A stretch of 64,000 nucleotides of DNA from an uncultured Gammaproteobacteria bacterium. Lineage in GTDB: Bacteria > Patescibacteriota > Microgenomatia > Daviesbacterales > UBA10151. The notes under the pieces were generated by a model that saw only the letters and a list, made by a program, of their open reading frames with translations, was not told the origin of the DNA and made no database searches. The stretch covers positions 183,816 through 247,815 of the forward strand of contig CAZAZW010000001.1 of NCBI GenBank assembly GCA_964489875.1. The letters run 5' to 3'. Position 1 is the first letter of the stretch. Every line of letters starts with the position of its first letter. Shown here one piece after another: positions 42,996 to 52,976 of the stretch. A program made the position numbers and the translations under genes.

Positions 42996-44874
42996 CCTGG
43001 TTGTATATTAACGGATATCTATTAATGAAGTCATAATTGATTACATAATTACTCTGTTCATTCTCGAAAAGAATTACATAACTAATATTATATTTTTTGA
43101 ATAAATCTTGACTGCTTTGACCTGCTAATATATTTCTTACATCTAATTCTCTTTGGGAATAATTTAGACCATAAGTCCAAAGCCACCCATGAAACCCAAC
43201 TACAACCTTACGACCCGAAAGAGCTACAACCGGATTATCAAATTTATCCACAGATAAAAAAACCGCATCTTGTTTTGTATTGCTTTTAACAAATTCCGCC
43301 AGTTTGATTGCCTGAGGAGAGTAACTTTCATATCTTGTTCCAGATGAAGAAATTAATCGAACAATATCCAAGAATCCTGAAAAACTTACTAAATATATTG
43401 CTGTGATTGCCAAAATTATATTTGTTACCTGGCGCGTTAATATTAGCTTACTCAACAGATAGGCCAGGATAAATAGCGAAGATAAATACCAGTAGATAAA
43501 AAACTTAGTGTTATCAAAATCCCAAGGTTGAAAAATAAATAGACTTGGCAATATAAACCATAGTTGCCCAACTATAGCAAAATATGCTAATTTCAAATTT
43601 TTCTTTAGCCCCAATAAAATGGCTATTGGTATTAAAAGTAAATTAAAACCGAAGTTTTTAATATAAAAGGAAAGTATTCCCCCTTTGGGAGCCATCCAAC
43701 CTAATTTATATTTCATTAAAGAAAACGGGTTTTCTGATTGTTCTAAGAAAAGCTTGCTTAGTACTAAAATTATCACAATCCCGATAGATCCCAAGACAAA
43801 AATGACACTTATTCTATTTTTGTTTTTTAGAATTATCTGAATGGTTAACCAAAGCAAAAAGGGAGCTAGTACAATCAAGCTATGGACGTGAATTATAGGC
43901 AACAGTGAGACTAGCAATATCCCGAGAAAAAGCTTTCTTACATCAAATCGTTCAGATAAATCCCAAAAAATATATAGAATCAAAATTGCCACCGGTAAAC
44001 CCAGTAGAAAACTTCTCTGCGGCAAAAGCATAGACAAAACCACATTAATCCAGAAAAAACCTAAATCTTTTAAGGCAGTATAATCCCTCGGTAAAGCCTG
44101 AATAAACTGAAAGAAATTTGAGTTACTATTTTGCAAATCATTAAGGAAATATAAGAATCCTAAGCCACCGTTAAAGAAAAATAAGAAAAGAACCAAACAG
44201 GCTGCCAATTTATTTCCTATAACTTTCAATGAAAAATAACTAAGAAGTATTATTAAAACAACCATCATTAATACTCCTACTAAAGCTACTGCCTGATCAA
44301 ACCTTAAAGATAGTGGGTTTACAAATACTGCAGTTATAAAATCAATCAAAAATGGATAGGAAATTTTTGCACCTGAAAGTATTGGGCTCTGGGGAGGAAA
44401 ATTATTGCCGAAAGCAAAAGATGAAATGATGCTGAGGTGGAGTGATATATCACCATATGAATGTACCGGTTGCACAAAATATCTCCCGTTATTAAAAGTC
44501 AGCAGTTGAAAAGCTAAATAACCAAATAACACTACAAAAAAACCAATAAACAGTAGATATAACTTCCAAGAAGATTCCTTCAACCGACTTCTAAAGCCTT
44601 CCAACTCATATCTAATTTTCTCTGTATTTCTTTTAAGAAGAAATAGACCAACTGAATTAATGATTCCCAAGAATATTATCATCCCCAAAAGATTCAGTCC
44701 TAAAAAATATGAAATAAACAAGGACAAAGATCCTAAAAGCAATGTTCCGAGTAAAGCACCAACTGCAATTCTTGTCTCGAAAAATAATTCCAAGTTAAAA
44801 AAATAAGTAACTAAAAATCCCACAAAAGTTACATCTAATAACAGAATAATCGAAGGGAGATACTCAAAAAACAT
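42970..44874 (-). CDS. Large polytopic membrane protein (GT-C-like glycosyltransferase candidate)
   Basis: 634 aa with more than 12 TM helices and a soluble C-terminal domain. It overlaps miaA by 26 nt and is divergent from a GT39 gene. Confidence 0.45.
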   Translation of the reverse strand: MFFEYLPSIILLLDVTFVGFLVTYFFNLELFFETRIAVGALLGTLLLGSLSLFISYFLGLNLLGMIIFLGIINSVGLFLLKRNTEKIRYELEGFRSRLKESSWKLYLLFIGFFVVLFGYLAFQLLTFNNGRYFVQPVHSYGDISLHLSIISSFAFGNNFPPQSPILSGAKISYPFLIDFITAVFVNPLSLRFDQAVALVGVLMMVVLIILLSYFSLKVIGNKLAACLVLFLFFFNGGLGFLYFLNDLQNSNSNFFQFIQALPRDYTALKDLGFFWINVVLSMLLPQRSFLLGLPVAILILYIFWDLSERFDVRKLFLGILLVSLLPIIHVHSLIVLAPFLLWLTIQIILKNKNRISVIFVLGSIGIVIILVLSKLFLEQSENPFSLMKYKLGWMAPKGGILSFYIKNFGFNLLLIPIAILLGLKKNLKLAYFAIVGQLWFILPSLFIFQPWDFDNTKFFIYWYLSSLFILAYLLSKLILTRQVTNIILAITAIYLVSFSGFLDIVRLISSSGTRYESYSPQAIKLAEFVKSNTKQDAVFLSVDKFDNPVVALSGRKVVVGFHGWLWTYGLNYSQRELDVRNILAGQSSQDLFKKYNISYVILFENEQSNYVINYDFINRYPLIYNQDGYKIYQI

Positions 44875-44901
44875 AATTTGTACTATTATATAGACTAAGT
44901 T

Positions 44902-46104
44902 ATGAAATTAAAACCATTTACAATTTTAATCGTTATTGTTCTTATAGCTGCATTTTTAAGACTTTATCGGCTTGATTATCCAAACAAATATGTTTTTGAT
45001 GAAGTTTATCACGGCTTTACAGCCAAAGAATATTTAGTAGGACACAAGGAAGCCTGGGAATGGTGGACTAAACCACCGCCAGGAGTGGCATATGAGTGGA
45101 CTCACCCACCTCTGGCAAAAGAGATCATGGCCGCCTCTATGTTTATCTTTCGCACTCAAGAAGCTTGGGCCTACCGACTGCCAGGCGCAATGCTCGGGGT
45201 TTTATCCGTCTATCTGGTTTATTTGTTAGGTGTCAAATTGATAAATCGCAGTGCTGCGCTAATTGCCGCATTTGTTTTTTCCTTAGACGGATTAAATTTT
45301 GTTCAATCCAGAACCGGTATGAATGACATTTATTACATCACTTTTTTCTTGGCAGCATTACTACTTCTCCTCAACAGAAAATATTTATTTTCCGCTCTCC
45401 TTTTAGGATTAGCACTTTCCAGCAAGTGGGCGGCAATTTACGGATATCTAATTTTTATACCTTTATTAATAAAGGACAAACAATATCGCCAAATATTATT
45501 TCTTCTTATCATCCCCCCAATAATCTACTTTATTACTTATCTGCCTTTTTTCCTCACTGGACACAGCATAGATCAATTTAAGCAGTTACAACAGCAGATG
45601 TGGTGGTATCATACTAACCTTAAAGCCACCCATACCTATTCCTCGCCCTGGTGGTCTTGGCCTCTTAATTTATACCCGGTTTGGTATTTTGTGGATTATC
45701 AAAAAAATAGCATGGCCAATATATTTGCATCAGGTAATCCGGCAGTTTTTTGGCTAGGCAGCATTGCAGTCATATTAACAGTATGGAAGGTGATTAAAAA
45801 AAGATCAATAAACTTAATTTTGATTCTCTTAGGTTTCTTCGCATTTTGGCTACCTTGGGCACTTTCACCCCGGATTATGTTCTTATATCACTTTTCCCCC
45901 TCAGTTCCTTTCTTAACCTTAGCTTTAGGACACCAACTAAATACACTTCTTAAAGATAGAAGAGGAAAACAACTGGCATTTGTACTCCTATTCTTAATAG
46001 TCTTAAGCTTCCTTTTGATTTTTCCCTTCTTAACAGGAATCCCTCTCCCCAGAAATTTTATTGACTTTTTCTTACTGACTAATCTATCAAAAAATCCTTT
46101 TTAG
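44902..46104 (+). CDS. Phospholipid-carrier-dependent glycosyltransferase (GT39/PMT family)
   Basis: 400 aa. The first-loop motif FDEVYHGFTAKEY (DE.YH) and the polytopic layout are typical of PMT/GT39. Confidence 0.7.
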   Translation: MKLKPFTILIVIVLIAAFLRLYRLDYPNKYVFDEVYHGFTAKEYLVGHKEAWEWWTKPPPGVAYEWTHPPLAKEIMAASMFIFRTQEAWAYRLPGAMLGVLSVYLVYLLGVKLINRSAALIAAFVFSLDGLNFVQSRTGMNDIYYITFFLAALLLLLNRKYLFSALLLGLALSSKWAAIYGYLIFIPLLIKDKQYRQILFLLIIPPIIYFITYLPFFLTGHSIDQFKQLQQQMWWYHTNLKATHTYSSPWWSWPLNLYPVWYFVDYQKNSMANIFASGNPAVFWLGSIAVILTVWKVIKKRSINLILILLGFFAFWLPWALSPRIMFLYHFSPSVPFLTLALGHQLNTLLKDRRGKQLAFVLLFLIVLSFLLIFPFLTGIPLPRNFIDFFLLTNLSKNPF

Positions 46105-47051
46105 AGACTCGTCACCCAATCCTGAAAACCCTTAGCATATTTATAATCAGATTTCTCACTTAATGATTCATCTAAAAATCCTCCGATTGCTCTGGCTGCC
46201 AGCACTACTTTTAATTTATCCTTTTGATATCCTTTTTCCTTTAATCGAGAATAAATATCCTTGGCAATATGGGGATTTTTTAATACACTAAAAGTTCGTT
46301 GGACAAAATAACAAATATCATAACCTTCAACACTCTTTGGTAGCGCATGTTCTCCATCAATCAATCCCAATATTTTATCCGGTAATTTAACAATATGCCA
46401 AGGGGCAAAGTCTCCATGCCTTGGTCTGCTAGATAATTCACAAATTCCTTTCTCAGCTATTTCCAAAAGACTTTCTATATTAAATTTTTTAGAAACACCG
46501 GCTGGTATATCACTAAACCAATTACGTGTCTTACTTAAAAATCTTACCTTATAATTAACATCTTCATATTTATCGTCTGCAAAATTAACCCGTGGTAATT
46601 GCTGGATAATCTCGGAGAGTTCAATAATCTGCGGTATGTATTTAACTAAATTAGAGGCTTTTTGATAACCCCTGCGAGTTTCACAGAGTAATTTACCGTC
46701 AAAAAAATCTGTTATTAAATAAAAATATTTGTTCTCATATAAACCACTGTCATAATTTTTAGGAACTAAGTATCTTATATCTTCCGAATAATTATTAAAA
46801 TAATTATTCCAATAGTATTCATTTTGAGTAACAACACTAATCCCTTCGCTAGTAGCCAGTTTCAGGAAGTAAATTTGATTATTCTTTATTAAAATTCCCA
46901 AGACATGCCTCGGACCCTTCCATAACTTTTTAACCTGATAAATTTTTTGAAAGAAAGATTTAATCTTTTTAAGAAAAAAATCTTCACCTAAGCGGTAATC
47001 AAAGATCTTATTTCCCAGACGAATCTTAAAGGAATTCAAAACTCTGGTCAT
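46101..47051 (-). CDS. Aminoglycoside/choline-kinase-like phosphotransferase family protein
   Basis: 316 aa with the catalytic-loop-like HGDFAPWHI and the DxE/D motif IDGEHA. Confidence 0.6.
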   Translation of the reverse strand: MTRVLNSFKIRLGNKIFDYRLGEDFFLKKIKSFFQKIYQVKKLWKGPRHVLGILIKNNQIYFLKLATSEGISVVTQNEYYWNNYFNNYSEDIRYLVPKNYDSGLYENKYFYLITDFFDGKLLCETRRGYQKASNLVKYIPQIIELSEIIQQLPRVNFADDKYEDVNYKVRFLSKTRNWFSDIPAGVSKKFNIESLLEIAEKGICELSSRPRHGDFAPWHIVKLPDKILGLIDGEHALPKSVEGYDICYFVQRTFSVLKNPHIAKDIYSRLKEKGYQKDKLKVVLAARAIGGFLDESLSEKSDYKYAKGFQDWVTSL

Positions 47052-47061
47052 AAAAACGGAG

Positions 47062-47334
47062 CTATTTAATTAATCTCTTAAGCGTTTTGCCGGAGGTAAA
47101 ACCGGGAGTTTTTTTATTTGGGATTTGTATAGTTTCTCCTGTTTGAGGATTCCTGCCCCGTCTGGCAGCTCGGGATCTGATCAGGAATGTTCCAAAACCG
47201 GTTATGACCACCTTTTCCCCTCTGACCAAACCGTCTTTTATTAAATTGAATGTAGTATTAACTGCATCGGCAGCAGCTCTTTTGGTTAAATTTGCTTTCT
47301 TGGCAACTTTTTCAATTAATTCGTTCTTAGTCAT
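47062..47334 (-). CDS. hup: HU-family DNA-binding protein
   Basis: 90 aa starting MTKNELIEKVA, with GFGTF and RNPQTGETIQIP. Confidence 0.9.
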   Translation of the reverse strand: MTKNELIEKVAKKANLTKRAAADAVNTTFNLIKDGLVRGEKVVITGFGTFLIRSRAARRGRNPQTGETIQIPNKKTPGFTSGKTLKRLIK

Positions 47335-47373
47335 GGCCTTAAATTACCAGATTTTTTGCCCTTTAGCAAGCCC

Positions 47374-47394
47374 CAAAACGAAGCTTTGCTTCGT
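47374..47394 (-). terminator. Intrinsic terminator after rny
   Basis: The minus strand reads ACGAAGC-AAA-GCTTCGT followed by TTTTGGGG. Confidence 0.6.
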
Positions 47395-47427
47395 CCTGAG
47401 GAGGCATTAAGCCGACGAAGGATCTCG

Positions 47428-48801
47428 CTAGGGAGTCGTCATAGTACTTTCACTATAACGGGTTTCCCTAATGGCTGTTATCTTAACAGCCCCCGGTACC
47501 ATCACTTCTTTGGAAATTCGCTCTGCTATATCGTGTACCAACTTTGGTAATTCATCATCTGGAATCCTCTCCGGAGTCACAATTACCCTGACCTCTCGTC
47601 CGGCTTGTACGGCAAATGCTTTTTCCACCCCTTCATATGAAGTGGCAATCCTCTCTATGTCATCCATTCTCTTAATATAATCGCCGACATTCTCATGTCT
47701 TGCCCCAGGTCTTGCCCCGGATATCGCATCAGCAATATAAACCAAGACTGATTCTACAGCTGAGAATTGTTTATCTTCATGATGTTCGGCAATACAATTA
47801 ATCACTTTCTCCGGCAGTCCGAATTTTTTAGCTAACTGGACACCTTTTTCAACATGAGTCCCTTCCTCTTCCTCCATCGCCACTTTCCCTATGTCATGCA
47901 ACAAACAACCAAGTCTGACTACATTAACATCTGCCCCGGTCATTTTTGCCAGAGCTATACCAATTTGGGTTTCTTCCTGAGTATGTTGAATTAAATTCTG
48001 ACCATAAGAATATCTATATTTAAATCTGCCAATCATATCTATCAGTTCAACAGGTAAATTGTAAACTCCGACATCATGACAAAGCTTTTCGCCGGCTGAT
48101 CTCATTAGTTTATTAATATCTGTCTCAGTTTTCTCTACGATTTCTTCAATCCGCTGAGGTTGAATGCGGCCGTCTTCCATGAGTCTCTCCAACGCCACTT
48201 TAGCAATTTCGCGTCTGATCGGATCAAATGAGGAAAGAATCAAAGTATCCGGAATCTCATCATCCATTACCACATCAACACCTGTTACTTGTTCAAAAGT
48301 CCGAACATTTCTACCTTCTTTTCCAATAATCCTACCCTTCATCTCCTCATCAGGCAGTTTGACTTTGGAAGTAGTAAACTCAGAAATATAATCTGTTACA
48401 CCGTGGCGCATTGCCTCGGTTAAAATTTCTTTGGCTTTCTCATCTGCCGTTAGCTTAATTTCTTCTTCCGCTTCTTTGATTTTTTTGGAAACCTCAGCGG
48501 CCAACTCTCTATCAACGTTTTCCAGCAGGATTTTTTGGGCTTCGTCTTTAGACATGGAAGAAACTTTTTCTAACTTGGAAACCAAATCTTTGCGGACTTT
48601 CTCCAGCTGCTCCAATTTTTCATCAATCAGTTTCTGTTTTTCACTAATTTGCCGCTCTCTCTCTTCCAAAATCCCCTCTCGCTTGGCGAGTTCTGTTGCA
48701 TCAGTATTTGATTGTGTCGGATTAGCAGCCGGCTCGCCTCGCACGCCTCGCTGCGACGCGGGCGAAGCGGGCGAATTAATCGGTCCAAATGTTCGTTGCA
48801 T
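47428..48801 (-). CDS. rny: Ribonuclease Y (KH plus HD domains), without the usual N-terminal TM helix
   Basis: 457 aa with a coiled coil, KH (GRIIGKEGRNVRTFE) and HD (LLHDIGK). The N-terminus MQRTFGPINSPASPASQRGVRGEPAAN is hydrophilic. Confidence 0.85.
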   Translation of the reverse strand: MQRTFGPINSPASPASQRGVRGEPAANPTQSNTDATELAKREGILEERERQISEKQKLIDEKLEQLEKVRKDLVSKLEKVSSMSKDEAQKILLENVDRELAAEVSKKIKEAEEEIKLTADEKAKEILTEAMRHGVTDYISEFTTSKVKLPDEEMKGRIIGKEGRNVRTFEQVTGVDVVMDDEIPDTLILSSFDPIRREIAKVALERLMEDGRIQPQRIEEIVEKTETDINKLMRSAGEKLCHDVGVYNLPVELIDMIGRFKYRYSYGQNLIQHTQEETQIGIALAKMTGADVNVVRLGCLLHDIGKVAMEEEEGTHVEKGVQLAKKFGLPEKVINCIAEHHEDKQFSAVESVLVYIADAISGARPGARHENVGDYIKRMDDIERIATSYEGVEKAFAVQAGREVRVIVTPERIPDDELPKLVHDIAERISKEVMVPGAVKITAIRETRYSESTMTTP

Positions 48802-48916
48802 AAATGGTTTGAAGTCTGGAAAACCTCTCGACTTAACCGAGAATTTGAGGGATATTTAATTTTAGAAAGTATACTTTCATGAATTTACCTCAGTTTTTAA
48901 GACTTCCAAAACTATT

Positions 48917-49582
48917 TTACTCCTTTTTGGTAAAATTTTCAATTATTTCCTTAACCACATCATACTCAAACCCTTTTCTCATTAAATATTCATAAGCTTT
49001 TTTTTTGAATTCTAAAGAGGGTAAATTCTTCCAAGATTTCATCTTTTTTTCTAACGCCTGTTTTGCCAATTCTTCTTCACTGTACCCTGTACCCTGTACC
49101 CTAACCACTTCCTCAATAATCTCCCTATCAATCCCTTTTTGAAAAAGTTCGGCTTTAATTGCCTTAATCCCTTTTTGCTTGCTTTTTCTTCTGGCTTCTG
49201 TCCAGGCTTTGGCAAATTCCAGGTCATTTACCATCCCCTTTTTCTTTAAGATTTCCACCAACACATCGACTGTTGCTTGGCTTCTTTCTTCTTTTCCCTT
49301 GATTCTTGATTCTAAATTCTTGATTCTAAAATACTCCCTAACCTCTTTTTCCGAATGCTGCCTGATACTAAACCATCTGTACATCCTCTCCATCAACTTT
49401 CCCACTTCTGCCTCAAATAAAATCTTTTCTATATCCTCTGGCGCTATTACCTTACCAACCACCAATCTTCTGTTAACCACTAAATCTTCATCTGCTCCAA
49501 AGGCAAACTCACCGTCTAAAAAAATATTGAATCTCTTGGGGTTTTTCTTTTGAGGTTCTACTGAGGTAATTTTTGCCATCAA
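48917..49582 (-). CDS. recX: RecX family regulatory protein
   Basis: 221 aa with a helical-repeat pattern. It lies immediately downstream of recA and overlaps it by 4 nt. Confidence 0.75.
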   Translation of the reverse strand: MMAKITSVEPQKKNPKRFNIFLDGEFAFGADEDLVVNRRLVVGKVIAPEDIEKILFEAEVGKLMERMYRWFSIRQHSEKEVREYFRIKNLESRIKGKEERSQATVDVLVEILKKKGMVNDLEFAKAWTEARRKSKQKGIKAIKAELFQKGIDREIIEEVVRVQGTGYSEEELAKQALEKKMKSWKNLPSLEFKKKAYEYLMRKGFEYDVVKEIIENFTKKE

Positions 49583-50634
49583 GCGACTTCTTGAACTTCT
49601 TCTTGCGGACCGACTACAATCTTTTCTTTACCTTCTTTTTGTTTTCCCCAAGCATCCCTTATTTCTTTTTCCAGTTTCTCTGCTTCTTTTTTATTCTCTT
49701 TTAAATAAGCAATTGATGCTGGGCGGCCTTGACCTAACATTTTTTCTCCCCAGCGGATAAAGGCACCGGACTTTGTTAAAATTCCCAGTTCTATTCCTAT
49801 ATCTAACAGTTCCCCTTCATGCGAAATCCCATTTTCATTCATATCAAATTCGGCAATCCGGAATGGGGGAGCCACCTTATTTTTGACAACTTTCACCCGG
49901 TGCCTTGAACCAACCACCAAATCCCCTTCTTTGATATTTTCAATTTTTCTAATATCTAATCTGACAGAGGAATAAAACTTGAGAGCCAGTCCTCCCGTGG
50001 TTGTTTCCGGATTACCGAACATTACGCCGATTTTTTGCCGCAGTTGATTGGTAAAAATTACGATAGTATTTGTATTAGAAACTGCACCGGTTAATTTTCT
50101 AAGAGCCTGCGACATTAAACGGGCTTGCACACCCATTGAGGAATCTCCCATTTCTCCTTCCAGTTCGGACCTGGGTACCAATGCTGCCACAGAATCTATT
50201 ACTAAAATATCCACCCCGCCGGAGCGAATCAGCGCCTCTGCAATCTCCAAGGCCTGCTCACCTGTATCAGGTTGGGAAATCAGAAGATCGTCTAAATTAA
50301 CCCCGATTTTCTGGGCTCTTTGGGGGTCTAAGGCATGTTCCGCATCAATAAAAGCCGCAACGCCGCCTTTTTTTTGAGCCTCAGCAATTACATGAAGCGT
50401 AACCGTTGTTTTTCCACCTGCTTCAGGACCATAAACTTCTATAATCCGGCCTTTAGGAAGACCGCCAACACCCAACGCCAAATCCAGCGCAAGGGAACCT
50501 GTCGGGATAACATCTGTTGCAAATTTCTCAGCTCGTTCACCCAAACGCATAATGGAACCAGTACCATATTGTTTTTGGATTTGTGCCATAGCGGCATCAA
50601 TCGCCGCTTTTCTTGCATCACCGTTTTGTGTCAT
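49579..50634 (-). CDS. recA: Recombinase RecA
   Basis: ORF 49579..50661, with the start moved to ATG 50634 (MTQNGD). It has Walker [10 protein letters not shown], and the L1/L2 regions are conserved. Confidence 0.95.
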   Translation of the reverse strand: MTQNGDARKAAIDAAMAQIQKQYGTGSIMRLGERAEKFATDVIPTGSLALDLALGVGGLPKGRIIEVYGPEAGGKTTVTLHVIAEAQKKGGVAAFIDAEHALDPQRAQKIGVNLDDLLISQPDTGEQALEIAEALIRSGGVDILVIDSVAALVPRSELEGEMGDSSMGVQARLMSQALRKLTGAVSNTNTIVIFTNQLRQKIGVMFGNPETTTGGLALKFYSSVRLDIRKIENIKEGDLVVGSRHRVKVVKNKVAPPFRIAEFDMNENGISHEGELLDIGIELGILTKSGAFIRWGEKMLGQGRPASIAYLKENKKEAEKLEKEIRDAWGKQKEGKEKIVVGPQEEVQEVA

Positions 50635-50680
50635 ATTTATAAGATACCAAATATTTCCCAAAGGTCAAGACCCAAAAATG

Positions 50681-50752
50681 TCGGGGTGACAAGAATTGAA
50701 CTTGCTGCATCCGCGACCCCATCGCGGCGGTCTACCGATGACCTACACCCCG
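50681..50752 (-). tRNA. tRNA-Pro (anticodon GGG)
   Basis: 72 nt, folded by hand: CGGGGTG/TA/GGTC-ATCGGTA-GACC/G/CCGCG-ATGGGGT-CGCGG/ATGCA/GCAAG-TTCAATT-CTTGT/CACCCCG/A. Confidence 0.85.
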
Positions 50753-50800
50753 GAACTTGTTGTATTTTAACACTAGGCTTACTAGAATAGAATACTATTC

Positions 50801-51586
50801 ATGAAACTCATTTCTTTAAATACCTGGGGCGGGAAAATTTATCAGCCTTTAATGGATTTTATTAGGCAACACTCGAAAGATACTGATATATTTTGTTTGC
50901 AGGAAGTTTACGATACAGAAACTAAGATTAAAGAATATAAAGACATTAGAACTAATCTATTGAATGAGCTTAAAAAGCTATTGCCAGATTTCCAAGTCTT
51001 CTACTCAATCGAAATCCGTGGCTTTGATCCCGCCTCTGGACCTGTAAATTTTGACTTAACTTTCGGCAAGACCATATTTATCAAGGATCATTTTAAAGTA
51101 AACAATCCTAAGGATATTTTACTGTATGGTAACAGAGAGCAAAAATCCTTAAAAAAAGATTTTTCTAATCTTGCTGTTACTCTGCAATCTATACAATTTA
51201 CTGTCCACGAAAAAGAGTTCACTATTGTTAATATTCACGGTACACCATTTCCAGGAGATAAATTGGATACAAGCTTAAGAATTGAACACTCTCATAAAAT
51301 AAAAAGATTTTTAAATTCTAAACCCGGCGCAAAAATTATGGTTGGTGATTTTAACCTATTACCAGCAACCAAGAGTATTAAAATGCTTGAAGATAATATG
51401 AGAAATCTAATTAAAGAATTTAATATCCAAAGAACCAGAAGCAAGTTGAGTCCTTTTTACGGTAGAAGAGATTTCCAAAAGTTTGCCGATTATATTTTTG
51501 TGTCTAACGAAATTCAAGTAAAGAGTTTCGAAGTACCAAAGGTAGAAATATCAGATCATCTACCTATGATATTGGAATTTTCATGA
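50801..51586 (+). CDS. Endonuclease/exonuclease/phosphatase (EEP) family protein
   Basis: 261 aa with N-terminal LNTWGG, LQEV, GDFN and the terminal SDHLP. Confidence 0.75.
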   Translation: MKLISLNTWGGKIYQPLMDFIRQHSKDTDIFCLQEVYDTETKIKEYKDIRTNLLNELKKLLPDFQVFYSIEIRGFDPASGPVNFDLTFGKTIFIKDHFKVNNPKDILLYGNREQKSLKKDFSNLAVTLQSIQFTVHEKEFTIVNIHGTPFPGDKLDTSLRIEHSHKIKRFLNSKPGAKIMVGDFNLLPATKSIKMLEDNMRNLIKEFNIQRTRSKLSPFYGRRDFQKFADYIFVSNEIQVKSFEVPKVEISDHLPMILEFS

Positions 51587-51852
51587 AAAAACATTTTAAC
51601 ATCCAAATTTATGGACTAGTCCAGGGGGTATTTTTCCGGACCAGTGCCAAAGAACAGACTGATAAACTAAAAATCAGTGGACTTGCCAAAAACATGCCGG
51701 ACGGGTCAGTTTACATAGAAGTAGAAGGAGAAAAAGAAAACTTAGATAAATTTATTAAATGGTGTCATCTCGGTCCAATGCTAGCCCGGGTAGAAAAAGT
51801 CGAAGTTTCTGAAGGTTCCCTAAAAAATTTCAAAGAATTTACAATTAATTAA
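51583..51852 (+). CDS. acyP: Acylphosphatase
   Basis: 89 aa with the VQGVFFR signature, then G.A.N..DGSV. Confidence 0.85.
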   Translation: MKKHFNIQIYGLVQGVFFRTSAKEQTDKLKISGLAKNMPDGSVYIEVEGEKENLDKFIKWCHLGPMLARVEKVEVSEGSLKNFKEFTIN

Positions 51853-52967
51853 ACAATCTTTTCCCAGGGGAACTGTTCGCGGCCGAAGTGGCCATAGGCG
51901 GCAGTTGGCAAATAGATCGGCCTTTGCAAATCTAGGCCTTCAATAATCCCTTCCACCGAGGTATCCAAAATTTTCTCCATAAAAGAAAGGATTGCTTTGT
52001 GGGATTTTTTGGCGGTGCCAAAAGTTTCCACATCCTGCATAGTAGGTTTTTTCGCCCCGATAAAATAGGCGAGCCTTACCTCTGCCCTATCTGCTAATCC
52101 TTGAGCCACAATATTTTTGGCCAGGAATCTCGCTGCATAAGCTCCTCCCCGATCAACTTTTGACGGCTCTTTACCCGAAAAAGCTCCTCCCCCCACCCTG
52201 GCATAACCGCCATAAGTATCTACCACAATTTTTCTACCTGTCACACCACAATCTGAGGCCGGACCGCCGTGGTGCCAAATACCGGTGCCGTTTACAATAA
52301 TATCCTTTTTTTCGATTTTGAAGCCGAAAATATCCAACACCGGGATTATTACAATGTTGTAGATATCATCTTTAACCTCGTCTAAATTTATGGATTCTTT
52401 ATGAGGTACAGCTATAACCACCTGATTAACTTTATACGGCTTTCCTTGTCTATATTCTATGGTTACTTGCGATTTACCATCCGGACGCAGGTATTTAACT
52501 ATATTCTCCTCCCGAACCTGATCCATTCTCTTAACCAAAGCATGTGCCACAGATATTGGAAGCGGCATCAAGTGCTCAGTTTCCCGGCAGGCAAAACCAA
52601 ACATCATGCCTTGGTCTCCTGCACCTTTTTTCTTCACCCCCACTGCAATTTCTGATGACTGTTCATGAACAAAGACTTCAATAGGTGATTTATCTGAAAA
52701 ATTAAATTTCGGGTCTATATAGCCCAGCCTTTTTATCTGATCCCGGGCTATTTTTTTAAAATTCACCCTGGCTTTGGCCCCGATTTCTCCGGCAATAACT
52801 AATCTATTGTTGCCAGCCAGACACTCAATTGCCGTCCGGCCTTTCGGATCTTGTGCTAACACTGCATCCAAAATCGCATCGGAGATTGCATCACAGATTT
52901 TATCCGGATGACCGGCGCAAACTGATTCAGATGTAAAGGTTGTTACAGCACCATTAAGATGACTCAT
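51849..52967 (-). CDS. metK: S-adenosylmethionine synthetase
   Basis: ORF 51849..53039, with the start moved to ATG 52967 (MSHLNGAV) because 52968-53110 is a riboswitch. It has SESVCAGHPDKICD and GAGDQGMMFG. Confidence 0.9.
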   Translation of the reverse strand: MSHLNGAVTTFTSESVCAGHPDKICDAISDAILDAVLAQDPKGRTAIECLAGNNRLVIAGEIGAKARVNFKKIARDQIKRLGYIDPKFNFSDKSPIEVFVHEQSSEIAVGVKKKGAGDQGMMFGFACRETEHLMPLPISVAHALVKRMDQVREENIVKYLRPDGKSQVTIEYRQGKPYKVNQVVIAVPHKESINLDEVKDDIYNIVIIPVLDIFGFKIEKKDIIVNGTGIWHHGGPASDCGVTGRKIVVDTYGGYARVGGGAFSGKEPSKVDRGGAYAARFLAKNIVAQGLADRAEVRLAYFIGAKKPTMQDVETFGTAKKSHKAILSFMEKILDTSVEGIIEGLDLQRPIYLPTAAYGHFGREQFPWEKIV

Positions 52968-52976
52968 TTTTTTCCT

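Noticed and set aside
50335-50790. 151-aa plus-strand ORF spanning the recA 5' end and the intergenic region.
   Set aside because: It is antisense to recA and runs across tRNA-Pro. The ORF at 50439..50621 was rejected for the same reason.
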